A stretch of 62,807 nucleotides of DNA, counting the filler, from Perkinsus chesapeaki ATCC PRA-425 (taxonomy: Eukaryota; Protista; Perkinsozoa), in the NCBI GenBank assembly GCA_013115145.1. It is 9 parts of 9 records of this genome, joined end to end, with 100 filler letters (N's around TTAATTAATTAA, not from the genome) between each part and the next. Parts side by side here need not be neighbours in the genome. Positions count along the whole stretch, not along the records: positions 12,148 to 24,416 come from JAAPAO010000817.1; positions 24,517 to 42,668 come from JAAPAO010000673.1; 7 more parts are not named here. The stretch is one strand, 5' to 3'. Below, piece by piece: positions 13,885-26,491 of this stretch. A model generated the notes under the pieces. That model did not search any database. It saw only the letters and a program-made list of their open reading frames with translations, and had not been told where the DNA came from. The first letter of the stretch is position 1, and the number at the start of each line of letters is the position of its first letter. Both the position numbers and the translations under genes were made by a program.

Positions 13885-13926
13885 GAGATGATCTGCTGGA
13901 GATCATCTGCTGGAGATCATCTGCTG
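13885..13926. repeat. 14-bp tandem repeat x3 (GAGATCATCTGCTG)
   Basis: Read directly; the first unit has one substitution. Confidence 0.9.
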
Positions 13927-13964
13927 CAGTCTGCAGATGGAAGGGGCATCGAGGCAAAACTCTA

Positions 13965-14304
13965 CTTGGGACTCCCGAGTTGGGAGGCAGGAGCTTCAGA
14001 GGCCGGGTACATCCAATGGATATAGCTGTGTGCTCGGCGACGCTGTCTTGTATGGGCAGACTGCCCATACAAGGGCAGCCGATGCTCAAAATCCCTATGG
14101 GTGACGTAACTTCACTGAAGCGAATTGGGTGGAAGCAACCCTGTGAGATATGTGAGTTGCTGTAGGTAGGGTCGAATCGACCCGGTCGATGTTGCTAGTC
14201 CTGCAATCATTGCAGTGCAATGTCCAGAAGCCCGTATGCTCGGCGGTTTCCGTTCTCTATTGTAATGTCTACAGTAGATAATCTACTCACTGAGTAGTAC
14301 TCGG
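13965..14304. repeat. Cluster of 22-bp double-palindrome footprints plus a 13-bp-arm palindrome
   Basis: Perfect copies at 14169-14190 and 14201-14222; one-mismatch copies at 13965-13986, 14266-14287 and 14283-14304. CTTGTATGGGCAG-A-CTGCCCATACAAG at 14047-14073. Confidence 0.85.
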
Positions 14305-14370
14305 TAGATTCTACTGTCCGGGGGTAATATAATTCAAGCCTTGGATTTTGCTCACCGTCAGTGACTCCTA

Positions 14371-17100
14371 GTTTGTTTGTTTGTTTGTTTGTGGAGCTCA
14401 AGTGCGGTATTCACTGCTTCTTAATTGCAGTACACCCGCTCGCTCCGCGGGACTTGCCCGCTGGTTCAACCCTGAGGTTGGTGTTCTGTTCCGGGCCTCG
14501 TGGGCAGCCTGGTCCCCCCCGGATGACCAGTCTGGTACCACTGCCCTTAGGAACTTGGTTAATTGCCCGAGTCTAGTTCCTCCTCCACAGACTGCCTCGC
14601 CGACTAGCGTTAAGGCATTGATGGTGGGGGACAAACTCCTACCAGCTTGCATCGGGATTCCTGATTGGAAACTCTTTCCTCTCAGCATCCTCATTTTTGT
14701 TGCGTTGCACCAGAGCCAGTGAGCTATAGTCTCCTTTTGCCCTTGTTCCCGTGGTAGGTTATTAGTTCTCATAGCTTTTTGCGGTCTGTCGTTTTCAATC
14801 TCAGTGAGTTCCGCATTAGATCCGCCGAGATCCGATGATGAACGTCGGCCTTGCTAGAAGTAAGGAGAAATCCCTCCCAATGTCAGAAGGAATCCTTGTT
14901 GAGATATACATTACCTAGGGCTTCCACGACTCGTGGACCACGAGCGGAGCGCAGTGCGAAGTGTACCTCGCTCACTCTCCGCCATGCTATCGGAGAGTAG
15001 CATCACCGAAGGAGGCTTTCGCAACCTGACGTCCTCGAAGTATGGGAACACCTCATTGTCACTGAAAAATTCTCAGAGAGAATTCTTGTTAGAGCTGAGC
15101 AAAAAGGCGCTCGGCATCAGGGTTGAGCTGGCGTTCCTTCGTCTTTAGCACGAATATCAGCCCAGTCAGGTCGACGTTATTTTCGTCGGTGCCACCGTTC
15201 TCAACATGCTGGCCATCAATTTGTTCGGGGCAGCGGGTGCTGCGTGTTGGCTATTATTTTTCAACAACCTTAGAGACCGCCCATAGGAGCGAAACTGGTC
15301 TCCATCTTTTATGTACGTGTATGGTTCTGTTGGAGACCTTGTGTAACATGACCCAGCTAGCATTTTTGAATGGGGCCGGGAAATGAGCCTGATCCAGGCA
15401 GTCCTTTATCAGTTGTAGAAGCCGATCCTCCCATGTCGCACAATGAAGAGCCATTTTGACATGTTCGTATGCCACCTGGTCATGGGTATTGTTTGCAATA
15501 ACCCCCGAACTGGTAGACTCAACACTTGAAGAAGAGCTGTTAGGCATGATAAGTGATTGAATACGAATAATAGTTTTTATTTAATTAAGAGGCTGGTTGC
15601 TCAGAACTGAAACGGTTTGGAACCGTTACATTAGGCGAGCGAGATCTACATGCTAACTGGCGAGCGAGAGAGACATGTCACCTTGCGCGCGAACAGGTAT
15701 GGAAGATTCGAGAATAATCGTGCCGCCACGTCGGCTCCTTGATTCCCCATACTGCCCCCGAATCCACTTACACTGTAAGCCTTACAGCAGATATCAGAAC
15801 TGGGCGGCATGGCCGTAGTCAATTCCTGCACTCTTGTCCAAAAAGTGTCCAGATTCTGGACTCCAGAAGGACAGTGCCGGATCTGCCTGCCTTTAGAGAC
15901 TTCAGGACCGCTTGACTATCAACGTGCAAGTATATTCTGCCAGGGTTAACCCAGCTTTTTACTTCTTGGCATTCATTGAGAGCTAGTATCATTCCACACA
16001 GCTCTGCGTGATATATCGTCAGGCGATTATCGAGCCTGGTCCCTTTCATCGCCGTAATACGTCCTTGACCCTCTTGGCTTCTGCAATATCTCACTACTCC
16101 GCATCCTATGCGTGCAGCTAGTTCCGTCTTATCCTTTAGACTGCCGTCTGAATAGTAGTGCAAGGTTCGAAAGGGTTCTTGTGGAACACCCGGTTCGTTG
16201 ATGGAAACGGTAAACCCGGTAGGTAACGGGCGGGTCCGCTTTCTACTAGATTCGTATTGGAACGTAAGGTCCAGGCCGCAGGTTTTAAGGCTCTAAGCTC
16301 CGCTACTCGGCAAGGAACATCTTCGGTGTGAAGCCAGCATTTGGCGCAGCGTTGCCTCACCTGTTGGGATATCGAGGGTGCCATGGCCCGACTTATGAGA
16401 GACAAGAGCTCATTGGGAGCGGCTTTAACCAAGCCGCAGACCTCCTTTGCGAAGGCGGCCTCCAAGCGGGTTACAATGTCTTCGAACCTTTTATGGTGAG
16501 CTATAACACCCCAGGTTTCACTCGCATGGAGGAAACCTGGAAGGATAAATCTCTTCCAGAGTTGTGTTGCTATGGCAGCCATAGTATGGCTGGGAATCGA
16601 CCATCTCCTACCGAAAACCTTTGAAAAGCGTCCTAGCGCTTTGCGGACCTTGTCCGCTGCGTACCAGGCATGGTCTCTCCAGTTTGCCGAGATAATTACA
16701 ATAACTACGTAGCCGTAGCTAAGCTGCCGTCAATAATCGAATTACCTCTCTCGCACACAAAGAACAAGATCGCTATTTACTGCAGATGCCAGAAACAGTC
16801 TAGATGGACTCGCAAATCCGGGAAGCTGACTGTTAACAGGATCGGGTTAACCCTCGGGCATGTGCAACTCACATCAATCGTCAAAAGCGTTATGAGATTG
16901 GCACACGACGACAGAAGACGTGTGTTTGAGTTGGTCTCTGGCCATGCCCCGACCGCTTCGTATGTTAGCAGGCTTAATAGATCACGGGCATCCTCAACCT
17001 GCCGGTACTGTAAGTCCGCCCGCAAGAGTCTCAACGCGCTGGTCCAGCGCGTTTTTTTATGTTGGAAGAAAACTAAGGGATCGCGGATAGTATCCCCCGG
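14371..17100. mobile_element. Decayed, rearranged RNase-H-bearing non-LTR retrotransposon fragments
   Basis: Minus strand: RT N-part (FPAPFKNASWVMLHK..WRPVSLLWAVSKVVEK, 15254-15547), YLG/thumb region (16136-16770), RNase H (YYSDGS..YHAELCG..HVDSQAV..GNQGADVAA, 15646-16163), and ETIAHWLWC plus an (AAAC)5 tail ending at 14371. Plus strand: post-RNase-H C-terminus LVSGHA..CRYC (16790-17100). Many stops and frameshifts. Confidence 0.8.
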
Positions 17101-17498
17101 AAGTTGGTTCGGCTGCCAAGCTTCGGCGACTTCAAGTTGCCAACGTGTCATTGACAAGGTGTTGGTGGACCCTTGGGGCCATGCTCTCCGCACTGTCCTC
17201 ACCAAATGGCAAATAATTCGGCAACAGCGGAGAGGCCCTCTCGACAGTGGCATCTCACTGTCAGTGAGGCACCGATCTCACCTCAGCAATAACCTATCCA
17301 TTGGGCCTAGTAGACATTAAAACCAAGGTATTCAGCCAAATTATCCGGTCCGGATATGTGGCGGACGAGAGATTGCAAATGGTCGGGCTTTGGTTTCCTC
17401 CTCCACGATCGAGGCTCGTTCTTTTCTAAGTTCCGAGTTCTGGTTATTCTGTGTGTCAATAACAAACTCAACATTTGCTACCATCACAAAACGTTCGG

Positions 17499-20400
17499 CT
17501 AAAATCTTTTGCGTCGCCTGCCGTAACCAGCAAGATCCGATCGTCTCTGTTCGAGTGCCTTCTGTTCCTCGCTTGTAACTCCTCCTTCTGGTGCCTCTGC
17601 TCCTTCTTCCACAATAATCCTCGTTCCAGCGGCACCACCCTCGAGTTCAGCTCCCAGCATTTCAACATCCCTCATTGGTGCCTCTTCTTCAATAGCGGTA
17701 TTAGTGGGCACAGCTTGTCGGCTTTCAATAACGAGAAGCCTACACAGAAAGTGAGGGGAACTCCTTACCGCCAGGTGGTCTCTTACTTCTGTTGATAATC
17801 TCTTTCTTTAAGCAATGGATTGCCCATCCAACAGTCGCGATGGAAGTATAAGGTGTTGTGCATTCTATAATCATCTGAGGGGCACGCATTCGATTGAGCA
17901 TGTTCGTGATGCCTCGTCGGCTTGCCTCGTGCTCCAGCCATCGCTGCATCGACTGTTAGGGCTTCCGGATCTGACTCATCGTAATCAGCTTTATTCTTAT
18001 CACTCTTAACAGATGATGACATTCCAGGCCAAAGGAAATGGACAGGCACAGCAGATCCAACAGGTACAACAACAGTATCTAAATGATAGTATGAGATAAT
18101 AACACAGTTACCGAGTAGACGACTGCCTTTGAATACTGGCATATCAACTGGTTCACACGCCCACTCTTCCTCTAACTCATCACCACATTCAAGACACTTA
18201 GTCTTTACTGGATCATATGGTGATGCATGCCTGTAGGATCATTCAAGAAGTCACTGTGCCATATTATATATCCTTACCGTAGCATGTCCTCCAATCTCAC
18301 AGCATCACTGATAAATCCTCTCCTCGCTGTTTCCTTATCTCTTCCCTCGACATCATGATCCGCTTTAGTCTCCTCGACTGCTGACTTCGTATCAGTTGTT
18401 GCTGCTGTTGAGGCCGTATCATCCCCATCAACGTTGCCAGCCTTCTTAACCGACTCTATCAGAGCCTTGCCTATAATAGCAATGATAAGAGCAACAAAAA
18501 CACGACCTCACATATATCCCTTCCGAGCATTGGTGTTCCTTTATTGTCAAACCATTCATTAACTGAAACAAGGTGAAATCATTCTTCTTCTTCTTCCGAA
18601 CTTCTCTTTATCCTACTAGCCTCATTCCATCCTCTGTACTCCTGCTCTACTTGTTTAACTCGCCTCTGGAGCATAGTAGTTTTGAAATAATGAGCATCAT
18701 GATGATCTAACAGATCTTGTCGTGCAGAAAACCTTAATGCACATGTTCCACATTGAACCTGTGCGGGTTGTGTTGGTTGAGATACAATAGATACATTAAA
18801 TGGTTATTATTACTGGCATGTTAAAGTAAAGGTCTAATAGACCAGATGTTGAAGGATCACCCATTGAATGTAACAATCTGAATTTATGTGGGACCTGATC
18901 AACTATACAGCTTTACAGCCACTATATCTACAATACACTCACTTGGACATGTGCCAAAGCCTTCTGACTTAATCCTTGATTTTTCTTCCCACCAGCTGCT
19001 GCAGCTGCCATCTTTCTCGTCTCAGCAACCTACATTATCCTATTATCTTCCCTTATAGTAGCACATCTACCTACCTGAACTCTAATGTGTGTCTCAAGCC
19101 TTTCTATAAACCTTAATACTAACAATAACTCGTGCTGTGATAGACCATCAACAATGACACGCTAATGATAATAATAACAACACAATGCATACGACCACTC
19201 GACTGTCCAATCTTACCTGCTCTTGAGTTTGCTCAACAGTTTTAACTTTAGTCGCTAATAATACGTTATGAGATGGATGATAGGGAATCTTAGATGACAT
19301 CTGACAAAGCACCGCCACCGCCACCGTCTTTGTAATTTTATAGCGCGTGACATGATATGTCTTACCATCGTGAAGAAGTGTTGTATCCACTCCAGAGAGA
19401 ACTCCATTGGCGGAAGATCATTAGGTGGAGCACCGAGGACTCCTGGAGGTATCTAAAAACGTTGAGAAAATGCAAGATCAGCAAGATTTATCCTCCTCCT
19501 CCACCACCCCACCTTGCCACCACCAAGGCCACTCTTTATCTCATCATGTTGTTCACCACCCTCGCTACTTGTACTGCTGGCTGGTTCAGTTGTTTGCTCT
19601 GAATATTGAAATAGGCGGAGCGAAGCTTTAAGCATTACTCTTCTTTTTATTAGGTGGTTGTTCAGTACGGGAGGATGTAGCCTGATTAACCAAAGTAATG
19701 ACATCCCTTAGTTGGTAGTAGTAATACATCTTCCCCTTCAGATGATCTTCCTCTCTTTCCAGCTTTCCCATCAACAGCGGCGGCGGTATCCATAACCTCA
19801 TCACCCGACGCTCCTCCTTGTGCTACTTTGCTCTTATCACTTTCCCTTTGTTGCTCTATATGCTTTATAGCATCGGCTTGCTTCTTTTTCCATGTCTCCA
19901 CTAGATGTCCATATTCTATAAGGATTAGTATATTACAATAATCATAATAATTATCAGTATTACTTTTCTTAGCATCAGATAATGTCTTGGATGCCTCCTT
20001 CCTCTTCCCTTCTTTTAAGTATCCAGCTGCTTGCCTAACTTCATGGATCCTCATAGCCTATCACATACAACATCAACAACAACAACAAAGCGTACAAGAT
20101 TAATCGGCGTAGCTCTGATCGAATGCGAATGTGATGTGGTATATATCTCCCCTCCTTCACGTTCTTGGGGATGGGGATTGCTAAATCGTTATAAGATAAA
20201 TGGCCAAGGAGCAAGTGTTATAATACTCCCTCTATACACACATGGCGGCTGCATGGAATTAAATGGAAATACTTGGCCCGGCAAAGGCTCGGGTGTACAG
20301 GAAGGATTGGATAAAAGACGAGGAGGAGGACGACGGGTGAGAATCCATATTATGATAGTACCCCATATCGGAACCAGGTAATGCTGATGATGCTACATTG

Positions 20401-21560
20401 GATGGTTTAATGACGTATACAACGAATACAGGCAATTACTACACAGTGCTACGATATAAAGGCATTGGGCCGATATGTTAGGAGGGAGAAGGATGGCGGA
20501 CATTCCGAAATATGAAGTAGATATTATTTTCGCCGGATAATAATAATAACCCCGTTTATTATTATTACATCTTTTCTATCCTTTGAATTCTTAAAACTCT
20601 TCGATTGTATCATACCAATTAATGCGAGTTCTCTCTCCGCCAATGCTACTTCTGCTGCGAATGCTAAACCATCGAATGATACAACCACTACCATCCCACC
20701 GCCATCCTTAATAACGAACATTACGTTTGTCTCCCTTATCAGTCTTGGATGCTCCACCACCACCTCCTCGATGTCCATGATGAGCTGTAGCTGTTGGCCC
20801 ACTACTGGAGCCCCCTCCACCGGAGCCTTTGAGAATCTACGATAGATGTCTAGGTAGGTGGTAGAATGAATTGAACCCTACCGATTTAACTTGTGGTTTA
20901 ACATTCGCATGCATCGTTGTTAACCTATTTAGAATCCTTTCTGGTAATAAAGTATTCCCTTGTTCCTTCCACATTTCTAACACTTTATTAAGCCATGTAT
21001 GAGTCTGTTGAAGGAGATATAATTAAACAACAATAATATTATATTACTGATTGATCAGCTTTCTTAAGTGCTGCTATAAATATATCATCAATACTTTTAA
21101 GTATATAAATCCTATAACTATTATCAACTGACGTTCCCTTAGCCTGCTGCTGCTGCTGTTGCTGCTGTCGTCCAGGCTTCGCCTTTAATAATGTATCAAC
21201 CAATGATATAATACTTTTGATCCTTTGTTGTTGGCTAGCTCCAGTCTGATATTAACTACTAACATATCATTATTCATCACCACCCGTTAATACCCTATTT
21301 CCAACACTCTTTATATCATTAGTAATAGCCAGTACAACATCATACCTATACACCGCCCATCATCCACGCCATCACCACGCTATCCAATACTATTACGCTT
21401 CATCCGGCATTTCCATTGCTAATCCACATAGCTCTTGGACTTGCTTCTCTGTTGCCTTTGCTGGTAAAGCTGCTAATGCCTTATTAAACTCTGCTAGACG
21501 TTTAAGGCCACTAGCGATGCCACCTGTTCCACCACCAGTTGGGGTGGATGATGATGACAT
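17499..21560 (-). CDS. PCF11: PCF11-like mRNA 3'-end processing factor (CID domain plus two C-terminal zinc fingers), multi-exon
   Basis: N-terminal CID-like EFNKALAAL..VQELCGLAMEM..YISLVDTLLK..WLNKVLEMWKE. Finger 1 is CGTCALRF..DHHDAHYFK..QEYRGW; finger 2 is CLECGDELEEEW..MPVFKGSRLL..YFHRDC. Confidence 0.8.
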
Positions 21561-21662
21561 CCTCCTACTACAAGGCAGTTGAAATGGGTTAATCCTACTA
21601 CTCACTAGAGCAACAACTCAACAATATAAAATATAATGTCCATGGAAACCAATCAATTATAA

Positions 21663-22420
21663 CTAATTAAATGGTATATTAATGAGTAGAGTCCAATCAT
21701 GAGTAGTTATAAGCTTAGCTAGGGTATTCCCTGGTAATGCTGCCTCGATCATAATAGTTATAATGGCCATAAATGCTGTATCAAATGCTATACTCCTTGC
21801 CATAGCAAAATCCATAGCGTGAAATATGTGATAGAATAATCTAGCAATAATAACCAAGATGGAGAGGTTGGCCAGCAAATGGCCATCAATGCCTCGAACG
21901 ATGCCAACTATTACCTAAAAAGGAGGAGGCTCAAATAGTGCAATGATATTGTTAATATTACAGCTATTGAGAACATGGTGAAGCATTCTAAAGCATTATA
22001 ATGAGAGGCATACATTCTTAGACCAAGTCCGGGCTTCCCACGTGATAACTGGAAACGACCGTAATGATTATCGTAACCTTCTGAGCTCATGGCCTGTATC
22101 TAACAACCCATTAATGTTAACATCGAACGTATCTTGCATGCTTGGAGTTAAGATTCTTACCCCGGTTGTGACACTAACCAAGCCATAGGCCATCAACAAG
22201 GATAGTCCAATACCTACGAATAAAGGTTATTTAATGACAGCTAGGGCTAGCTACATCCAACAGCAATATCAACATTATTAAACCAGACCAATTGCTTTGG
22301 AAATGTGACACGTAGTATATCCAATATACTTCTTGACACAGCAACTTTAACTGCTGTTAAAGCCAAGAAGAAATTAATAGGATAAACGATACCAAATAGG
22401 GTGAATACGCCGAGACCCAT
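21663..22420 (-). CDS. MAPEG-family membrane protein, four exons
   Basis: Spliced product contains GYDNHYGRFQL..LRMYASHYNALECFTMFSIAVIV..ARLFYHIFHAMDFAMARSIAF, matching the MAPEG R-x-x-x-H-x-N-x-x-E motif and the downstream Arg motifs. Confidence 0.8.
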
Positions 22421-22702
22421 GATGGTAGTAATACAATACTAAACGAAGTCAAACTCTAAGTAGCAGACTAAGTAGCCCTTGCGAGTCTTCAAATTACCCC
22501 CTTTCAATATATTAGCAAAGGCGACCCTACTGGGATTAGAACCCGGTAGCTCTTGAATAAAAACATACACCTTAACCATCTCTCGCTGAGTCTAGCTCAT
22601 TTTCATTTATAACACTTAACGAGACATTAGTTTCTAGATTTACCATAATAATGAAAAGTTGATATAAAACGTTAAAAAATAAATAAATATCACAACTGCC
22701 AA

Positions 22703-24284
22703 TTAGCTGTCGTATTTCTTAACCATTTCAATAGCTTCCTCAACCATATACGTTGGCCCAACAAACATAGGTACACCTAGACATCAAACGTATATCCACA
22801 ACAACAATAAGCGATGGAGATGATGATGATATTACGTTGATGAATGTCAGTAGGTTGAACATCAAGGCATGGCATTGTACCAGTACTAGCAGAGCCACCC
22901 GCTTGCTCAGCTAAGAATGCCATTGGAGCTACTTCATATAACAATCTTAGTTTACCATTAGGGGCCTGTTAGAATATAATATATATTAATAAAGGGTTAT
23001 AAAGTACCTTTTGTGTTGGTGGATAAATATATATTCCACCTTTAATGAGGTTACGATGGAAATCAGCCACAAGACTTCCGACATATCTTGCAGATGTCTT
23101 CCTTTGTTTCATAAGATCAAGATAGGCTCGTACACCCGGTGAGAAATCATTATAGTTCCCTATACAAGAAAGATACTCTCGAGGAGTTGAGCGGCAGCAG
23201 CAACAATGGTGTTACCCTCATTTATGGAATAACACTCATTTTTACGGTTAGTTGGGAACTTCATATGTGGATGAGTAAGATAAAGTGTACCAATAGATGC
23301 ATCTAGTGTAAAGCCATGTACACCATTACCAGTACTCATAACAAGCATAGTTGATGAACCATAGAGAACATAACTGGAGATATAGATGGGAGATTCAATA
23401 GTGGATATTAAAAAGTTCATTTACCCAGCTGCCATTATCTCCCTTCCCTTTTGAAGATAATCATCAATTTTAGGTTTGTGATTTATCTCCGAAGCCCTTC
23501 GCACCACCGAGAATATCGTACCTAAATGTAATTAAGTTGGAGGAAGGTGGAAGTAAACAAAGGCTTACCAACAGGGACATTAACATCTACATTGGAGCTA
23601 CCATCGAGTGGATCCATGAGCACTATATATCTAAATATACACTATATTACCCTACTAATGTATATTGTTACCTATTAGTCTTTTTTTGTTGATGTGATCC
23701 AGCTTCAATGATATCCTCTTCCTCTTCGCTTACCATACCACAAACAACATCTCTATTCCTCAAACATTGAACGAATAGTTTATTTGCAAATACATCCAAC
23801 TTAGTCTGAGCTTCGCCTAATAATAAGATCATATAACTTTATTGACAATAATGACACTTACCTTGTACATTAGTTTGATTGGCTAAACCCAATACATTGG
23901 TAGATATACCAGCCTTATTGATCTCTCTACTTACTATTTTAGCCGCCAATCTTATAGCAGTTAAGATTCTTAATAACTCATCCTGGAGAAATACTGAATA
24001 CTCGCCGAATGGGCAGCAGCAGAATCTTACTCTAGAATCAAAGCTATCATTTGGATTGGCAATAACATATTCTCCCATAGTAGGTTTACCAGTCATACCT
24101 ATCACTTGAATTCATTCAAGGGCAGGAGTATCTTTCTACCGAGGTCAAGCTCGCTTATCAACTGGGTTTGGAAATCAGTTGGTACCATTCCCTGACGGAT
24201 TAGTTGGTTTGGTGGGACACGGAGGGCTTGGGTCTCCGGATCGGTATCAGAATAATAATCACCAGACTCAGGTTGGCTCGACAT
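22703..24284 (-). CDS. fbp: Fructose-1,6-bisphosphatase class I, multi-exon
   Basis: [92 protein letters not shown]. Confidence 0.95.
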
Positions 24285-24846
24285 AGTGGTATCAAAGGTT
24301 GAACTTGGTAAGATACAAATCAGGTCAAGTTGGTGACGGAAGGTGGGCCGCGGGGTCGAACGTATACAGAAAACGGGTCGAACGTCAACAAACGCGGAAA
24401 TAGTTTATATGGGTAGNNNNNNNNNNNNNNNNNNNNNNNNNNNNNNNNNNNNNNNNNNNNTTAATTAATTAANNNNNNNNNNNNNNNNNNNNNNNNNNNN
24501 NNNNNNNNNNNNNNNNGTTATCAGGGTGATTTGAATTTACCGAGAAGGGTTGAGATTAGCAGAGTCAGTTGAGAGCAACCGTGTCACCCAAATACGGGCA
24601 CACCAGCAACGGGCCAAACATGGGCAGGTACAGTAAAGACAAAGAGAGGGGGGGGGTTAAATATTATCAAATACACTCTGCTCAGCACAGCAAATGCAAG
24701 ATCGGCAAAGTGGATACTGCCTAAGGTAGCTTCCATCTGATCCACCTGGAGCAGTTACTAAAGAATTGAAGGTCTCACATTATATGGTATGCTGTGAAGA
24801 CCAACAGCACGGCTTATGATAATGACAGAGACCAGTAGCATCCACA

Positions 24847-24868
24847 GTCGGTACTACTGACTCAGTAG
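24847..24868. repeat. 22-bp double-palindrome footprint (one mismatch)
   Basis: GTCGGTA-C-TACTGA-C-TCAGTAG, 15 nt beyond the stop codon at 24884. Confidence 0.7.
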
Positions 24869-24883
24869 GCTTGACGGTCTCCA

Positions 24884-25276
24884 TCACCTCATACGGGGGC
24901 ACAACAGGTGCTGCATAACCGCTGGTCGATCGAGGAAGCTTGAAGTGAGGGTATTCTCATACTCATCATATGTGAACTCAGAAAGGCTACTATTGTCCTC
25001 AATACCGAACTTGTGGTTGACAAAAAGAATGAAATTATGGTAATCTATAGCACTAGCGGCGTCTATAACGTACGGGTAGATCAAGGGGTTTATTCTCAAG
25101 CGTAAAGATCTCACTCAGTCAACCGTTGAGCGCACTTCATTTATGATGATGGGAGGCTCACCCGGAAGAAAATTAGTTTCGACGTCCAAGCCCATCCAGT
25201 GGGAACCACAATACCTCCCCTTTGGGCCGTCTCCCATGCTCCAGCTATTGATGAGGGCCAATAGGATAACGAACAT
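24884..25276 (-). pseudogene. Member of the ~130-aa secreted family with an in-frame TGA at 25115-25117
   Basis: MFVILLALINSWS..GRYCG..PGEPPIIINE..D*VRSLRLRINPLIYPYVID..SSLSEFTYD..TLTSSF aligns with the intact paralogue at 33861-34247, where the stop position is Arg. Confidence 0.8.
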
Positions 25277-25550
25277 TATGTTAGCAAAGAACTGACTAGC
25301 TAGAAGAGACTCGTATTTAGCATTACAAGATAATATGACGCACCGGCACTCTTAACCCAACGTGACGCGACATTTAGTGGGACAATTGAATTCCTGTCAC
25401 TCTTAGTGACATCTGTCGGATTTCCATAGGTTGACGAGCACAGCTTGCTGTGTGTGGAAGGAAATCCTGAAAAAGTCGGATATCTGGGCAAGTTGTCAAC
25501 TTGAAGTTGATATAGTGACTACGGGTTACTAAGTGCGTATATAAGAGTAG

Positions 25551-25572
25551 GCGCACGTCGTGCGCCGCACGA
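25551..25572. repeat. 22-bp double-palindrome footprint (perfect)
   Basis: GCGCACG-T-CGTGCG-C-CGCACGA. Confidence 0.85.
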
Positions 25573-26136
25573 GAGCTGTTGTCAGCCGCTGAACGGTTGA
25601 ACAGGTTGATTGGGGACCCATAGATGGCTTTACTGACTAAGTCGTCCTATTAGCACTTCTTCACTCTATGATAGGGGGCCTCTACTAGAGGCATCCTCGA
25701 CTTCATTAGAATGTTCGAAAAGGCAGCTGGTCTTGGAAACGTTACCACTGAAAATTGCACTTGAAATCACTACTGTCATTCCCGTGGCTTACAGAGGAGC
25801 TTAGATTTGTGTATGCCGGACACAGGCCAAGTGTATTTTATGAGGGGCCTATTTGTCGCGCACGATGATTAAGTGAGGTTTGTTCTCTGTGTTCGACGGA
25901 ATAATGGGCGCTTCAATGGGCGCTGTTATTCAGAAAGAACACAAGAGTCAAACCACCACTATGGTAACGGTATAATGCTGTAACAACATAAGGCACTTAT
26001 CAATAATTCTGTCGAGAAGACACTTCATCAATAGCACCTCTTAGGGCGGCGCACCGGAATAATTCAGCTCGTCTCGACGGATGAGCATGAAGTCTTGCGT
26101 GCCTGCCGCATCCTCTTTTCCAGAGAGAGCTCTGAT

Positions 26137-26173
26137 ATGACCTGAGTCAGGTCATCTCAGATAACTTATCTGA
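26137..26173. repeat. 9-bp-arm palindrome overlapping a one-mismatch 22-bp footprint
   Basis: ATGACCTGA-G-TCAGGTCAT (26137-26155) and GTCATCT-C-AGATAA-C-TTATCTG (26151-26172). Confidence 0.75.
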
Positions 26174-26491
26174 CTTTCGTCATAACGTGGCATCAGGAGT
26201 TGCATTTACTCAATTCTACAAAGTCCGACATCGACCTCCGTTAACCAGTTCACGTATAGTTTATTTATATCTCACAAACACAAGTCATACGAGCTCTTAA
26301 AAGCCGTGTTGAGAGGTACAACGAGGCGATAAAAACTGATACTTAGAACGGTGATCAGAGAAAGAACGCTCCGCTATGACATCATAGCAGCGGGCTAATT
26401 GGAAACGAGGACTCGAGCAGGCTCCATACCGATTCCAGACAAAAAAATGTAAAGACTTTCAACTTATTTTCTATAGTGTTTACGCATAGTC

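Noticed and set aside
15581-15588. TTAATTAA at the junction between non-LTR fragments as a leftover linker
   Set aside because: Only 8 of 12 nt, no flanking Ns, inside an AT-rich patch; similar words occur elsewhere.
25115-25117. In-frame TGA as selenocysteine or a reassigned codon
   Set aside because: It aligns with Arg rather than Cys in the paralogue, other genes here use TGA as a stop, and no SECIS was recognised. A nonsense mutation is simpler.
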